Below are positions 1-8,972 of a DNA stretch of 64,000 nt, piece after piece. The notes beneath the pieces are model-generated. The model was not told where the DNA came from, made no database searches, and saw nothing but the letters and a program-made list of their open reading frames with translations. Numbering within the stretch: the first letter of the stretch is position 1; each line of letters opens with the position of its first letter. Source of the stretch: an uncultured Candidatus Rokubacteria bacterium (GTDB lineage: Bacteria > Methylomirabilota > Methylomirabilia > Rokubacteriales > DASRDR01); contig CAWDVE010000013.1 in the NCBI GenBank assembly GCA_963805625.1, positions 32,001-96,000 on the forward strand, read 5' to 3'. A program made the position numbers and the translations under genes.

Positions 1-13
1 AGAACGGATTCAT
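1..13 (-). CDS. ftsH: 5' end of probable FtsH protease (runs off window)
   Basis: ATG AAT CCG TTC (MNPF) with GGAGGGAGG upstream; hpt-ftsH is a conserved gene order; only 4 codons visible. Confidence 0.45.
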
Positions 14-87
14 CCCCGGTCCGCCGCCCTCCCTCCGGTCACGCCGAGTTCTGCTCGATAGGACGCAAACCTGCGCAACGTAAGCGC

Positions 88-96
88 AGTATAGCA
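88..96 (-). promoter_or_regulatory. extended -10 element TGCTATACT upstream of putative ftsH
   Basis: TGn+TATACT on minus strand in the hpt-ftsH gap. Confidence 0.5.
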
Positions 97-164
97 CACG
101 GCCGAAGGCCGACTCGGAGGCCGGCCTCGACCTCCACGCGGCGGGGGCGCCGGGTCGTCAGGGC

Positions 165-707
165 TCAGGCCGACCGGAGGTCGGAAGGGTCCAGGACGCC
201 CAGGTACGGCAGGTTCCGGTAGAGCCCGGCGAAGTCGAGCCCGTAGCCGACGACGAACTCGTCGGGAATCGTGAACCCGACGTAGTCGAGCGAGACCGGC
301 ACTTCCCGGCGGGACACTTTGTCGAGGAGCGTGCAGACGCGGAGGGTCCCGGGCTGCCGGGTCTCGAGGTTCCGGAGGAGGTAGGCCAGGGTTCGCCCCG
401 TGTCCACGATGTCCTCGACGATGAGAACGTCGCGGCCCTCGATCGGCACCGAGAGGTCCTTGGTCAGCTCGACGATCCCCGACGAGCGGGTCGAGGCCCC
501 GTACGACGAGACCGCGATGAAGTCACACTCGCAGGGCGCGTCGATCGCCCGCATCAGATCGGCCAGGAAGACCACTGCGCCCTTCAGCACCCCGACCAGC
601 ATCGGCGTCCGCCCAGCGTAGTCGCCCCGGATCTGCCGACCCAGCTGGCCGACACGCGCAGTCAGGTCCTCGGCGGGAATGAGAACGCGCTGGATTCCCG
701 GGGGCAC
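165..707 (-). CDS. hpt: hypoxanthine phosphoribosyltransferase
   Basis: VGVLKGA, VLIVEDIVDTGRTL PRPP motif, FVVGYGLD. Confidence 0.95.
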   Translation of the reverse strand: MPPGIQRVLIPAEDLTARVGQLGRQIRGDYAGRTPMLVGVLKGAVVFLADLMRAIDAPCECDFIAVSSYGASTRSSGIVELTKDLSVPIEGRDVLIVEDIVDTGRTLAYLLRNLETRQPGTLRVCTLLDKVSRREVPVSLDYVGFTIPDEFVVGYGLDFAGLYRNLPYLGVLDPSDLRSA

Positions 708-713
708 GCGGCG

Positions 714-1553
714 CTACCGGGTGCGCGGCGTCACCAGGGGGTTGAGCCCCCGCTCGTTGCGGAGCTCGATAGCGACCCGCTCGGCGTCGCTCCGAGTCGG
801 GTACGTGCCGACCCGGACCCGGTACCGGGGCCGGCCATCCTCGGTGATCGAGGGAAAGACGTACGCGTCGAAGCCCCGGGCCGCCAGTCGCGCCCGGAGC
901 TCCTCGGCGAGGGACCGGCTCCGGAAGGCGCTCACCTGCACCGTCCACGCCTCCGGCTCCGCGGTCGTGGTCGCCGCCGCGACCTGGGCCGGCGCCGGCC
1001 TCGCCGGAGCCGCCGCGGGGGCGCGCGCGACACGCGCGGGCCGCGGAGCCGGCGCGGCCTCCGCGGCCTTCGGGGTGTGGCGCTCCGGCGCAGCTCGCGG
1101 AGCCTCCGGTGCGGGCCGCGGGACCTCCAGTGCGGGCCGAGGAGGCTCCGGCGCGGCCCGGGCGGGCTCCGGCGCCACGTTGGCAGCGACGGAGGTTGCC
1201 GGCTCCTCCTTGGGAACCAGCCGCTCTTCGATCGTCGGCTTCCCGACCTGGGGCAGATCTTGCGTCGGTGCGGTCAGCGTCCGGTAGAAGGTGACCTTCT
1301 CCTCTGCTCGCGTGGCCGCGGTCTTGACCGGCGCCTCGCCCCCGCGCAGTCCTTCCGGCTCCGGAAGCCGGTGCTCGCGCGTCGCGTCCGCGCGGGCCGC
1401 CCCCTTGCCCCGGGCCATCTCGCGCCCCACCACGATGCCGGCGGCGAAGACGAGGCTCGCGATCAGGCAGAAAACGGCTCCAAGGACGACGAGCTCACGC
1501 CGCCCGAAGCGGAACTCGTGATGTGTACGGCCTAGCCGGCGGGTCGCCATCAT
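714..1553 (-). CDS. SPOR-domain cell division protein (FtsN/DedD-like)
   Basis: N-terminal TM helix, Pro/Ala linker, C-terminal WTVQVSAF...YRVRVG SPOR motif; follows argS; start reassigned to ATG 1553. Confidence 0.85.
   Translation of the reverse strand: MMATRRLGRTHHEFRFGRRELVVLGAVFCLIASLVFAAGIVVGREMARGKGAARADATREHRLPEPEGLRGGEAPVKTAATRAEEKVTFYRTLTAPTQDLPQVGKPTIEERLVPKEEPATSVAANVAPEPARAAPEPPRPALEVPRPAPEAPRAAPERHTPKAAEAAPAPRPARVARAPAAAPARPAPAQVAAATTTAEPEAWTVQVSAFRSRSLAEELRARLAARGFDAYVFPSITEDGRPRYRVRVGTYPTRSDAERVAIELRNERGLNPLVTPRTR
1083..1175. repeat. degenerate 21-bp tandem repeat (~4.5 copies) encoding APExxRx heptads
   Basis: ctccRgYgc unit recurs every 21 nt; protein APEPARA-APEPPRP-ALEVPRP-APEAPRA-APERHTP. 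Confidence 0.7.
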
Positions 1554-1563
1554 GCGACGGGCC

Positions 1564-3246
1564 TCACATCGACTCCGGGGCCGAGATTCCCAGAAGCCCG
1601 AGCCCGTTCCGCAGAACCTGGGCGACCGCCCGCGCGAGCCCAAGTCGGGCGCGCGTCGCCGCGGGCTCCTCAGGCCGAACGATTCGGAACTGGGGCGTAT
1701 GGGTACCGAGGTGGTGGTAGGCGTGGAGCTGCGCCGCCAGGTCGTAGAGGTACACGGCGATGCGGTGCGGCTCGAAGGCGCGGGCGGCGCCGGCGACCGC
1801 ATGCGGGTAGCGCAGCAGCGTCTTCACGAGGGCCAGCTCCTCGGGCGCCCCGAGCGTCACCAGGTCGGCCTCGGCCCAGACTGCCGGCGCGACGATGCCG
1901 CGCTCCCGGGCGTGGGTGAAGACGCTCGCGACCCGCGCGTGGGCGTACTGGACGTAGAACACCGGGTTCTTCTGCCAGTCCTGCTCAGTGGCGGCGTCGA
2001 GGTCGAAGTTGAGATGGCTCTCCGGGCTCCGCGTCACCATGAACCAGCGGAAGACGTCGATGCTCCCGACTTGGTCGAGGAGATCGTCGATGGTCACGTA
2101 CGTCGCCCGGCGCGTCGACATCTTCACCTCGACGCCGCCGCGCGTGATCGTCACGAACTGGTGGATGAGGTAGCGGATCCGGTCGGCCGGCAGCCCGAGA
2201 GCGCCGATGGCCGCCACGACGTCCTTGGCTTCCTCGATGTGGTCGGCGCCCTGGACATTGAGGATCCGGTCGAACCCGCGGACAAGCTTCTCCCGGTGAT
2301 AGGCGATGTCGGGGAGCCGGTACGTCGGTTCGCCCGTGGACTTCACCAGCACGCGGTCCTGCGGCCGGTCGATGGCGGAGAACCTGAGCCAGACCGCGCC
2401 GTCCTTCTCGTAGACGAGCCCGGCCGCTCGGAGCGCCTCGAGGGTAGCCTCGACCTTCCCCTCCGTGTAGAGCAGCGCCTCGTTCGAGTAGACGTCGAAG
2501 CGAATGCCGAGGCGCTCCAGGGTCCGCCGGATGTCGGCGAAGATGCCGTCCTCCGCGGCCTGCCGGAAGACGGTCTCGTGGCCCTCGCCCGCCAGCGATT
2601 CCCCGTACCGGCCGCGAAGCTCGGCCGCGATCTCCCGGATGTAGTCGCCCTGGTAGCCGTCCTCGGGTAGCGCCGCCGGCCAGCCGAGGAGCTCGAGGTA
2701 CCGGGCGCGGACCGATTCTCCGAGCACGCGCATCTGGCGCCCCGCGTTGTTGAAGTAATACTCGCGGGTCGTCTCGTAACCCATTGCCCCGAAAAGCCTG
2801 GCCACGCAGTCGCCGAGAATCCCTTGGCGACCATGACCGAGCGTCAGCGGCCCCGTAGGGTTGGCGCTCACAAACTCCACCATGGCGCGCTGGCCGCGGC
2901 CCTCGTTGTCAGTGCCAAAGCGATCGCTCTCGGCGAGGATCCGCGCCAGCCCCGCCCGGCAGTACGCGGGCGAGAGGAACACGTTGAGGAATCCCGGTCC
3001 CGCGACCTCGGCGCGCTCGATCTCGTCCACGCCGGGGAGATGCGCGAGGATCGCCTCCGCCACCTGGCGGGGCGGGCGTCGGTGGGATTTGGCGAGGAGC
3101 ATCGCGAGGTTGGTCGCGTAGTCCCCGTGGGTAGGATCTCTCGGGACCTCCCACGCGACGTCCGAAGCCGGCACGGTCGGAAGCCCGGCCCGGTCGAGAG
3201 CGTCCAGCAGAGCGCCCGACAAGACCGCGGTCACATCCAGAGCCAT
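1564..3246 (-). CDS. argS: arginine--tRNA ligase
   Basis: GDYATN, EFVSANPTGPLTLGHGR, KMSTR, YVQYAHAR; start MALDVT at 3246. Confidence 0.96.
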   Translation of the reverse strand: MALDVTAVLSGALLDALDRAGLPTVPASDVAWEVPRDPTHGDYATNLAMLLAKSHRRPPRQVAEAILAHLPGVDEIERAEVAGPGFLNVFLSPAYCRAGLARILAESDRFGTDNEGRGQRAMVEFVSANPTGPLTLGHGRQGILGDCVARLFGAMGYETTREYYFNNAGRQMRVLGESVRARYLELLGWPAALPEDGYQGDYIREIAAELRGRYGESLAGEGHETVFRQAAEDGIFADIRRTLERLGIRFDVYSNEALLYTEGKVEATLEALRAAGLVYEKDGAVWLRFSAIDRPQDRVLVKSTGEPTYRLPDIAYHREKLVRGFDRILNVQGADHIEEAKDVVAAIGALGLPADRIRYLIHQFVTITRGGVEVKMSTRRATYVTIDDLLDQVGSIDVFRWFMVTRSPESHLNFDLDAATEQDWQKNPVFYVQYAHARVASVFTHARERGIVAPAVWAEADLVTLGAPEELALVKTLLRYPHAVAGAARAFEPHRIAVYLYDLAAQLHAYHHLGTHTPQFRIVRPEEPAATRARLGLARAVAQVLRNGLGLLGISAPESM

Positions 3247-3308
3247 GGCGCCGTCCACTATAGCCCACGACCCGAGAGGGTCGAAGAAAAAGCGGGGGTT
3301 ATGGCCTC

Positions 3309-4394
3309 TCAGCGCAGCCGGAACTCGACGGGCAGGCGGATGACGAGCGGCCGGGCCGCGAGTCCCGGCGGGAACGGAAACGGCACTGAGCCACGCACGG
3401 CCGCCAATGCTGCGACGCGAAGCGTGTCCGCGCTCGCCCCCGCGACGACCTCGACGGCGGCGAGTCGGCCATCGGGACCGAGACGCAGCTCGAGCTCGAC
3501 CACGCCCTGCTGACCGCGGCGCACGGCCATCCACGGGTAGACGAGCCGATCCTGGATGCGCTGGCGGAGCGCACGCACGTAGGACTCGTACTCGGGCGGG
3601 ATGCCGCCGTCCGGGGCATTCCCCTCTTGACCCTCGCCCGGCGGGAGACGCGCGAGATTCACCCCACCGGCCGGCGCCAGCTGGCCTCCCGCACCCGCCG
3701 CGCCGCCCTGCGCTGGTCGACCGCCCGACCCTCTTTCCGCCGCCACTCCGGGCCCCGGATCGCGGGACGCACGTGAGCCGCTCATCGCGAATGCCGGCGG
3801 TACCTGGCGACCGTCGACGAGGTCCCGCGACGGAATCAGTGTGGCCGGCTCTGGCGCCGTCGTCGGGGGCGCGCTCATTCCGGTGTCACTCGTCGGACCG
3901 GGGGCCACGGTTTCCGTCGGCGGCAGGACCATCGGCAAGGAGACCACCGCCGGTGGCATCGAGGCGGGCTGGGGCGGCGCCGGCGCGGGTCCCTGGGGCG
4001 CCGGCGCGTCGATCGACCTGGGCGAGGCCGGCACGGTCGGCGGCCGCGGCACCTCGGGCGCGGCACTCGCCGTCCCGGGCGGCGTCACCACCGGAGCGCC
4101 CGCCGCGGCCACCGGCGTGTCCGGCGGCAGCACTGCGCCGGACGGTGCGCGTGTCCCACGGCCGAGGGAAGTCCCGGGCCGCCCGATCCGAGGGCGCACC
4201 GCGGAGCTGTCGGCGGCCTCGTGCCGATCGCTGATCGCAACGACAGGGTGGACCAGGTCCACGTAAAGGGCAGCCGGCGGCGGGGCCAGGCGCGGGCCGG
4301 TCAGCCATGCTGCGCCGACCACGCCGATCGTGGCGACGGCGGCGCCGTGGGCAAGGATCGAGAGGGTGAGCGCGCCCCCGAGCCCGCGGCTCAT
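3309..4394 (-). CDS. tonB: TonB-family energy transducer
   Basis: TM with SILAH, Pro-rich linker, TonB_C (YPWMAVRRGQQGVVELEL); in btuB operon. Confidence 0.8.
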   Translation of the reverse strand: MSRGLGGALTLSILAHGAAVATIGVVGAAWLTGPRLAPPPAALYVDLVHPVVAISDRHEAADSSAVRPRIGRPGTSLGRGTRAPSGAVLPPDTPVAAAGAPVVTPPGTASAAPEVPRPPTVPASPRSIDAPAPQGPAPAPPQPASMPPAVVSLPMVLPPTETVAPGPTSDTGMSAPPTTAPEPATLIPSRDLVDGRQVPPAFAMSGSRASRDPGPGVAAERGSGGRPAQGGAAGAGGQLAPAGGVNLARLPPGEGQEGNAPDGGIPPEYESYVRALRQRIQDRLVYPWMAVRRGQQGVVELELRLGPDGRLAAVEVVAGASADTLRVAALAAVRGSVPFPFPPGLAARPLVIRLPVEFRLR

Positions 4395-4768
4395 CCGGGC
4401 TCTCCTCGTTTCACCGGCAGCTTCTCCCGAGAAGCGCGGCCCCCGCCAGCAGGACGACGGTGATGCCGGCCGCGGCGCCCAGGAACGCGGCGCGCGCGGC
4501 AAATCGCGTCGGGCGAGGATGGCAGCGCGCCCTCGGCCGCCGTCATGAGCCCGACGAACGGCTCGGTGATGCCCAGACTCCGCGCGATGGTGCGGAGATC
4601 CGCGCCGGGGTCGGCGGAGTCGTAGCCTCCCCGCACGTGCATGTTCACCACGTGGCGCGTGACGTCGAGAGCGCCGCCTACCACGGCCGAGGCCAGGACG
4701 CGGAGCGGCGCCGCGCTTCGGAGCCACACCGCGTCTCGGCCGACGTCGATCTCGACGCCCTCGATCAC
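4391..4768 (-). pseudogene. cbiZ: truncated adenosylcobinamide amidohydrolase CbiZ, apparently fused to a frameshifted CbiB-like tail
   Basis: LASAVVGG, HVVNMHV, VGLMTAA typical of CbiZ N-half; similarity stops near 4535; hydrophobic tail in another frame ends at TGA 4411. Confidence 0.65.
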
Positions 4769-4908
4769 CCGCGCCTCCTGCGCCGTGCGCCCGAGCGCCC
4801 CATTCGATCCGCGCCCGATGCTTCGTGGGTCGCGCCGCCACCCGCGGAACTCCAGGCGTCCCTCGACCGGGGCGCTCGGTGCAGCATCAAGTGCCGATCG
4901 GCCGCCAG

Positions 4909-6837
4909 TCAGTCAAAGGTGGCGCGGATCCCGGCCACGACGTGCGTCCCGAGCGCTGGGAAGCCCGCCACCTCGGAATAGTTCTCGTTGAAGATGTTGG
5001 TCGCCCGCAGGTGCAGCGTGACGTTCGACAGGCACCCCCAGCGCTTGATCGGCAGCCGGTACGCCGCCGCCGCGTTGACGACGGTGTACCCGGGGTTCCG
5101 CGGCAGATCCGGCGCCTCGAACTGGCTCGACATCGCCAGCACCTCCCCGGAGAGCGTGAGGCCCGGCAACGGCTCCCAGGTGGCCGTCACCGATAGGGCG
5201 TTGGGGGCAACGCGCCGGAGCGGATCCCCCGTCGTCCGATCCTCAGAGTCGGTGTACGTGTAGGCGAGCGCCAGGACGAGGCCGTCGACCGGCATCACGC
5301 TCCCCTCCACCTCGACGCCCTCGGAGCGGGCCTTGCCGACGTTCTGGGCTTCGAAGCAGAAGTTCGTGGGATCGGTCAGCGTGGGCTGGATGAGATTCTT
5401 GTAGTCGTTGCGGAAGTAGGTCGCGGCGAGCCGTATCCGCCGCTCCCAGAGGTGCTGCTCCACGCCCGCGTCCCAGCTGTTGCTCTCCTCCGGCTTGAGA
5501 TTGGGGTTGCCGAACGGCGGGCACGGCGCGAAGGCCGGGAAGAACAACTCGTTGAACGTCGGCGCGCGGAAGCCCTGCCCCCAGCTGGCCTTGAGCCGCG
5601 TGTCCGTGGCCTTGAGCAGATAGGAGAGCGCCACGCGCGCCGTCGCCTTGTCCTCGAACGCGCTGTTCCCATCGTAACGGACGCCCGCCGTGAGGTACAG
5701 GCGGTCGAACAGCGTCAGCTGGTCCTGGAGGACGAGAGCCCAGGAGTCGATGGTCTCCTTGTAGCTCCCCTTGACCTCACCCACCTCGTTCCGGTACTCG
5801 CCGCCGAGCGTGATCGTGTTCCACCGGACGGGCTTGATGAAGTGGTACCACTCGGCCTCGAGCCGCCTCGAGGAGATGTCCGAGGTGAAGCCGAACGGAT
5901 GCGCGGGATCGGCCTCGTCCGTCAACGTGAGCGTCTCGTCCACGGCCGACACGCGGACCTTGTGCTCCCACATCGACGTCCAGGGCTGGCGCCACTCGAG
6001 GGAGAGGAGCCAGAGCTGCTGGTCCTGCTCGCGGTTCGGGTCGAAGTCGGGGAACACCGTGGCGAACGGAATCCCGAGATGCCCGTCCTGGAACCGCCCG
6101 GTGAGCGAGACCTCGCCCTTGTTCGGCAGCGCGTAGCCGACTCGCGCGTTCACGCTGGTGACGTTGTGCTCGTCGTTGTCGAACTGGCCCTGGAAGTCGA
6201 ACCGGCTCACGCCGAGGGAATAGCTCCAGGGCCCGGTGCTCCCCGACACGCCGGCGCGCTCCCGGAATGTCTCGTAGTTGCCCGCCTCGAAGTCCAGTAA
6301 TGCGGACGGCGGCCCCTGTCCCCGCTTGGTGATGACGTTGACCACGCCGCCGATCGCGTCCGCGCCGTAGAGGGTCGACTGCGGACCGCGTAGGACCTCG
6401 ATCCGCTCGACGTCGTCGAGAGTGAGGTCGGCGAAGTCGAAGTCACCGGAAGTGAGGCTCTTCACTCTCACGCCGTCGATCAGCACCTGCACCTGGGTCG
6501 GGTTGGCCCCGCGGATGCGAATGGTCGAGAGCTTCCCGGGGCTGCCCGATGTCTGGACCTGGACACCCGGGATCGTCCGGAGAACCTCGTCCACCGCCCG
6601 GTACTCTTGGACCCGCATTGCCTCCTCGGGAACGACGGTCACCGACGCGCCGATCTCCTCGAGCGGCTGCTCGCTCCGCGTGGCCGTCACAACCACCGGA
6701 TCGGCTCGCCGGACGTCGCCCGCCGGGGCTGCCGGGGCGGCCCCCGGGGTCGTCTGGGCCGTCTCCTCGGCTGCGGCGGATCCCGATCCGAGCCACAGCA
6801 GCATCGCGAGCACGCCCCACATGTCTCTACGCGTCAT
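4909..6837 (-). CDS. btuB: TonB-dependent cobalamin receptor
   Basis: signal peptide, VVVTATR TonB box, plug IEVLRGPQSTLYGADAIGGVVNVIT, C-terminal F; preceded by B12 riboswitch. Confidence 0.9.
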   Translation of the reverse strand: MTRRDMWGVLAMLLWLGSGSAAAEETAQTTPGAAPAAPAGDVRRADPVVVTATRSEQPLEEIGASVTVVPEEAMRVQEYRAVDEVLRTIPGVQVQTSGSPGKLSTIRIRGANPTQVQVLIDGVRVKSLTSGDFDFADLTLDDVERIEVLRGPQSTLYGADAIGGVVNVITKRGQGPPSALLDFEAGNYETFRERAGVSGSTGPWSYSLGVSRFDFQGQFDNDEHNVTSVNARVGYALPNKGEVSLTGRFQDGHLGIPFATVFPDFDPNREQDQQLWLLSLEWRQPWTSMWEHKVRVSAVDETLTLTDEADPAHPFGFTSDISSRRLEAEWYHFIKPVRWNTITLGGEYRNEVGEVKGSYKETIDSWALVLQDQLTLFDRLYLTAGVRYDGNSAFEDKATARVALSYLLKATDTRLKASWGQGFRAPTFNELFFPAFAPCPPFGNPNLKPEESNSWDAGVEQHLWERRIRLAATYFRNDYKNLIQPTLTDPTNFCFEAQNVGKARSEGVEVEGSVMPVDGLVLALAYTYTDSEDRTTGDPLRRVAPNALSVTATWEPLPGLTLSGEVLAMSSQFEAPDLPRNPGYTVVNAAAAYRLPIKRWGCLSNVTLHLRATNIFNENYSEVAGFPALGTHVVAGIRATFD

Positions 6838-6874
6838 CGCGCACTCCTCTTCCGCGAAGGGGTGTGAGTCTTCA

Positions 6875-7066
6875 CGCATCCCGATCGGTCTCCTGACTCG
6901 TGGCTCGTCGCGCCCACCACGCCTTCCCAGGGCAAATGGCCCCAGTGACGTTGCCCCGCCGCGGACACGCGGCGGAAGTGGGGGCGCTCCCCACTCACAG
7001 TTGCGGGACAGTGCCGGAATCAGCGTCCGGAAGGACGTCTCACCGGCTTCCCGACATCGGGACGCA
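6875..7066 (-). ncRNA. cobalamin riboswitch (upstream of btuB)
   Basis: GGGAA-GCCGGTGA...TTCCGGC-ACTGTCCCGCAACTGTGA, CACTGG...CTGGGAAGG, B12 box GAGTCAGGAGACC; P1 GCGTCCCGAT/ATCGGGATGC. Confidence 0.92.
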
Positions 7067-7102
7067 CATCAGCCGCTCGAGCGCTCACCTCCTCTCAATG
7101 GG

Positions 7103-7167
7103 GTCAGACTGTGACTTCCCGACCATTCGCGCCCGCCGACAAAAATGTCGGGAAGTCACAGTCTGAC
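7103..7167. repeat. perfect 21-bp inverted repeat (REP-like hairpin)
   Basis: GTCAGACTGTGACTTCCCGAC (7103-7123) / GTCGGGAAGTCACAGTCTGAC (7147-7167). Confidence 0.9.
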
Positions 7168-7959
7168 TCCGAGAACGACGGGGCGGCCGGAGGCGAGGCG
7201 CTCCACCCAGACGGGGCAGCCATACGCTTCCTCGAGTGCCGCCTCGTCCAGCACCTCGCGCGGCGGGCCGAGCCGGATCACGCGCCCGCCCGAGAGGAGG
7301 AGCAGTCGGTTGGCCAGCTCCCCTGCCAGGTTCAGGTCATGGCTCACGAAGATCACCGTCATGCCCCGCTCACGGTTGAGCCGCCGGAGCAGCCCGACCA
7401 GATGCCGCTGGTGCACGAGGTCGAGGTGGCTCGTCGGCTCGTCCAGCAGGAGCGCTCGCGGCTCCTGGGCGAGCGCCCGCGCAAGGAGCGCCCGCTGGCG
7501 CTCGCCGCCGGCCAGCGTGTCGACCGGGTGGTCGCCGAGCTCGAGGACCCCCGCGAGGGCCATCGCCTCGCGCGCCCGGGCGAGATCCGCCGGACCCTCG
7601 AAGAGCCGCCCCTCGCTCCGGGGGAAGCGCCCCATGAGGACGAGCTCCTCCACGCTCACCGAGAACGCCAGCTGCTCCTCCTGCGGGACGACCGCCACAT
7701 CCCGAGCGAGGGCGAGGCGCCGTACGGCACCGAGCGGCTGACCCTGGTACCGGATCTCGCCGCGGTCGGGAGCGTGCACCTTCGAGAGGAGACGCAGCAG
7801 CGTGGTCTTCCCGGAGCTGTTCGGGCCGACCAGGCCCAGGATCTCGCCCTCCGCCACCTCGAACGACGCGCCAGCGAGACGGAACACGCCGCCGTAGCCG
7901 AACTCCACCCCCTTTGCCTCGAACACCGGCGGACCGGCCGCGGCCGTGCGCGAGCTCAC
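7156..7959 (-). CDS. btuD: cobalamin ABC transporter ATP-binding protein
   Basis: GPNSSGKT Walker A, LAGGERQR, LLLDEPT, SHDLNLA. Confidence 0.85.
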   Translation of the reverse strand: MSSRTAAAGPPVFEAKGVEFGYGGVFRLAGASFEVAEGEILGLVGPNSSGKTTLLRLLSKVHAPDRGEIRYQGQPLGAVRRLALARDVAVVPQEEQLAFSVSVEELVLMGRFPRSEGRLFEGPADLARAREAMALAGVLELGDHPVDTLAGGERQRALLARALAQEPRALLLDEPTSHLDLVHQRHLVGLLRRLNRERGMTVIFVSHDLNLAGELANRLLLLSGGRVIRLGPPREVLDEAALEEAYGCPVWVERLASGRPVVLGVRL

Positions 7960-8972
7960 GCGCTGCGCCGGCGTAGTCGGGTCCGCAGGAGGTAGACGAA
8001 GAACGGCGCGCCGCAGAAGGCGGTCACCACCCCGACCGGCAGCTCGGCGGGCTGCACCACCAGGCGCGCCAGCGTGTCCGCCAGCACGAGAAACGTCGCG
8101 CCCGCGCCGGCGGCCACCGGCAGCAGGAGCCGGTTGTCCGACCCGACGGTCAGACGGACGGCGTGCGGCACGATGAGCCCGACGAATCCGATCGGCCCCG
8201 TCTGGGCGACGATCACGCCCGTGAGAAGCGCCGCTGCCACGAAGACGATGCGCTTGACCCGCTCGGCCTCGACCCCCAGCTGGAGGGCCGACTCCTCACC
8301 GAGCGCGAGCAGATTGAGCGCACGCGCCTGCGCGTAGATCATCGCCGTCCCAGCCGCCGTGCCGACCGCGATCACGCCGACCGCGCGGTACCCCACGATC
8401 CCGAGGCTCCCCATGAGCCAGTGGAGGATCCCGCCCAGCTGGGCGAAGTCCACGAGCGAGACGACCAGTGTGATCACGGCCGAGAAGAAGAGTCCCGTGA
8501 TGACCCCGGCCAGGAGCAGCGTCTGGACGGGAAGCCACCCGCCCGACGTGGCGATGAGGTACACGATGATCGCCGCGATCAGCGCGCCTGCGAAGGCAAA
8601 GGCTGACAGCCCTACTGTCGCGGCCAGCGAGCCCTCGAGTCCCCAGAGGTGCCCGAGCACGGCGCCCAGCGCCGCGCCGCCGGCCACGCCCAGCACCGCG
8701 GGATCCGCGAGCGGATTCCGCGTCAGGGCCTGGAACGCCGCCCCCGCGACGGCAAGGCCTCCGCCCGCCAGTGCGGCGAGGATGACCCGCGGCAGCCGGA
8801 GCTCCAGCACGACCGTGGCGGCGAGGTCCGAGCGCGCCCGTCCCACCAGCGCGGCGACGACCTCGCCGAGGCCGATCGGCGCGGGTCCGGTGGCGAGCCC
8901 GATGAGACCCGCGAGAGCCAGTCCACCGGTAACGACGACACAGGCCGCCCCCACGCGGCGCCGGGAGATCAC
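7956..8972 (-). CDS. btuC: cobalamin ABC transporter permease (FecCD family)
   Basis: LRLPR, FQALTRNPLADP, GPIGFVGLIVPH, ELPVGVVTA; GTG start overlaps btuF stop. Confidence 0.88.
   Translation of the reverse strand: MISRRRVGAACVVVTGGLALAGLIGLATGPAPIGLGEVVAALVGRARSDLAATVVLELRLPRVILAALAGGGLAVAGAAFQALTRNPLADPAVLGVAGGAALGAVLGHLWGLEGSLAATVGLSAFAFAGALIAAIIVYLIATSGGWLPVQTLLLAGVITGLFFSAVITLVVSLVDFAQLGGILHWLMGSLGIVGYRAVGVIAVGTAAGTAMIYAQARALNLLALGEESALQLGVEAERVKRIVFVAAALLTGVIVAQTGPIGFVGLIVPHAVRLTVGSDNRLLLPVAAGAGATFLVLADTLARLVVQPAELPVGVVTAFCGAPFFVYLLRTRLRRRSA

Noticed and set aside
4791-4879. 11-bp inverted repeat CCGAGCGCCCC/GGGGCGCTCGG between btuB and cbiZ
   Set aside because: Long loop and GC-rich; could be chance, no function assignable.
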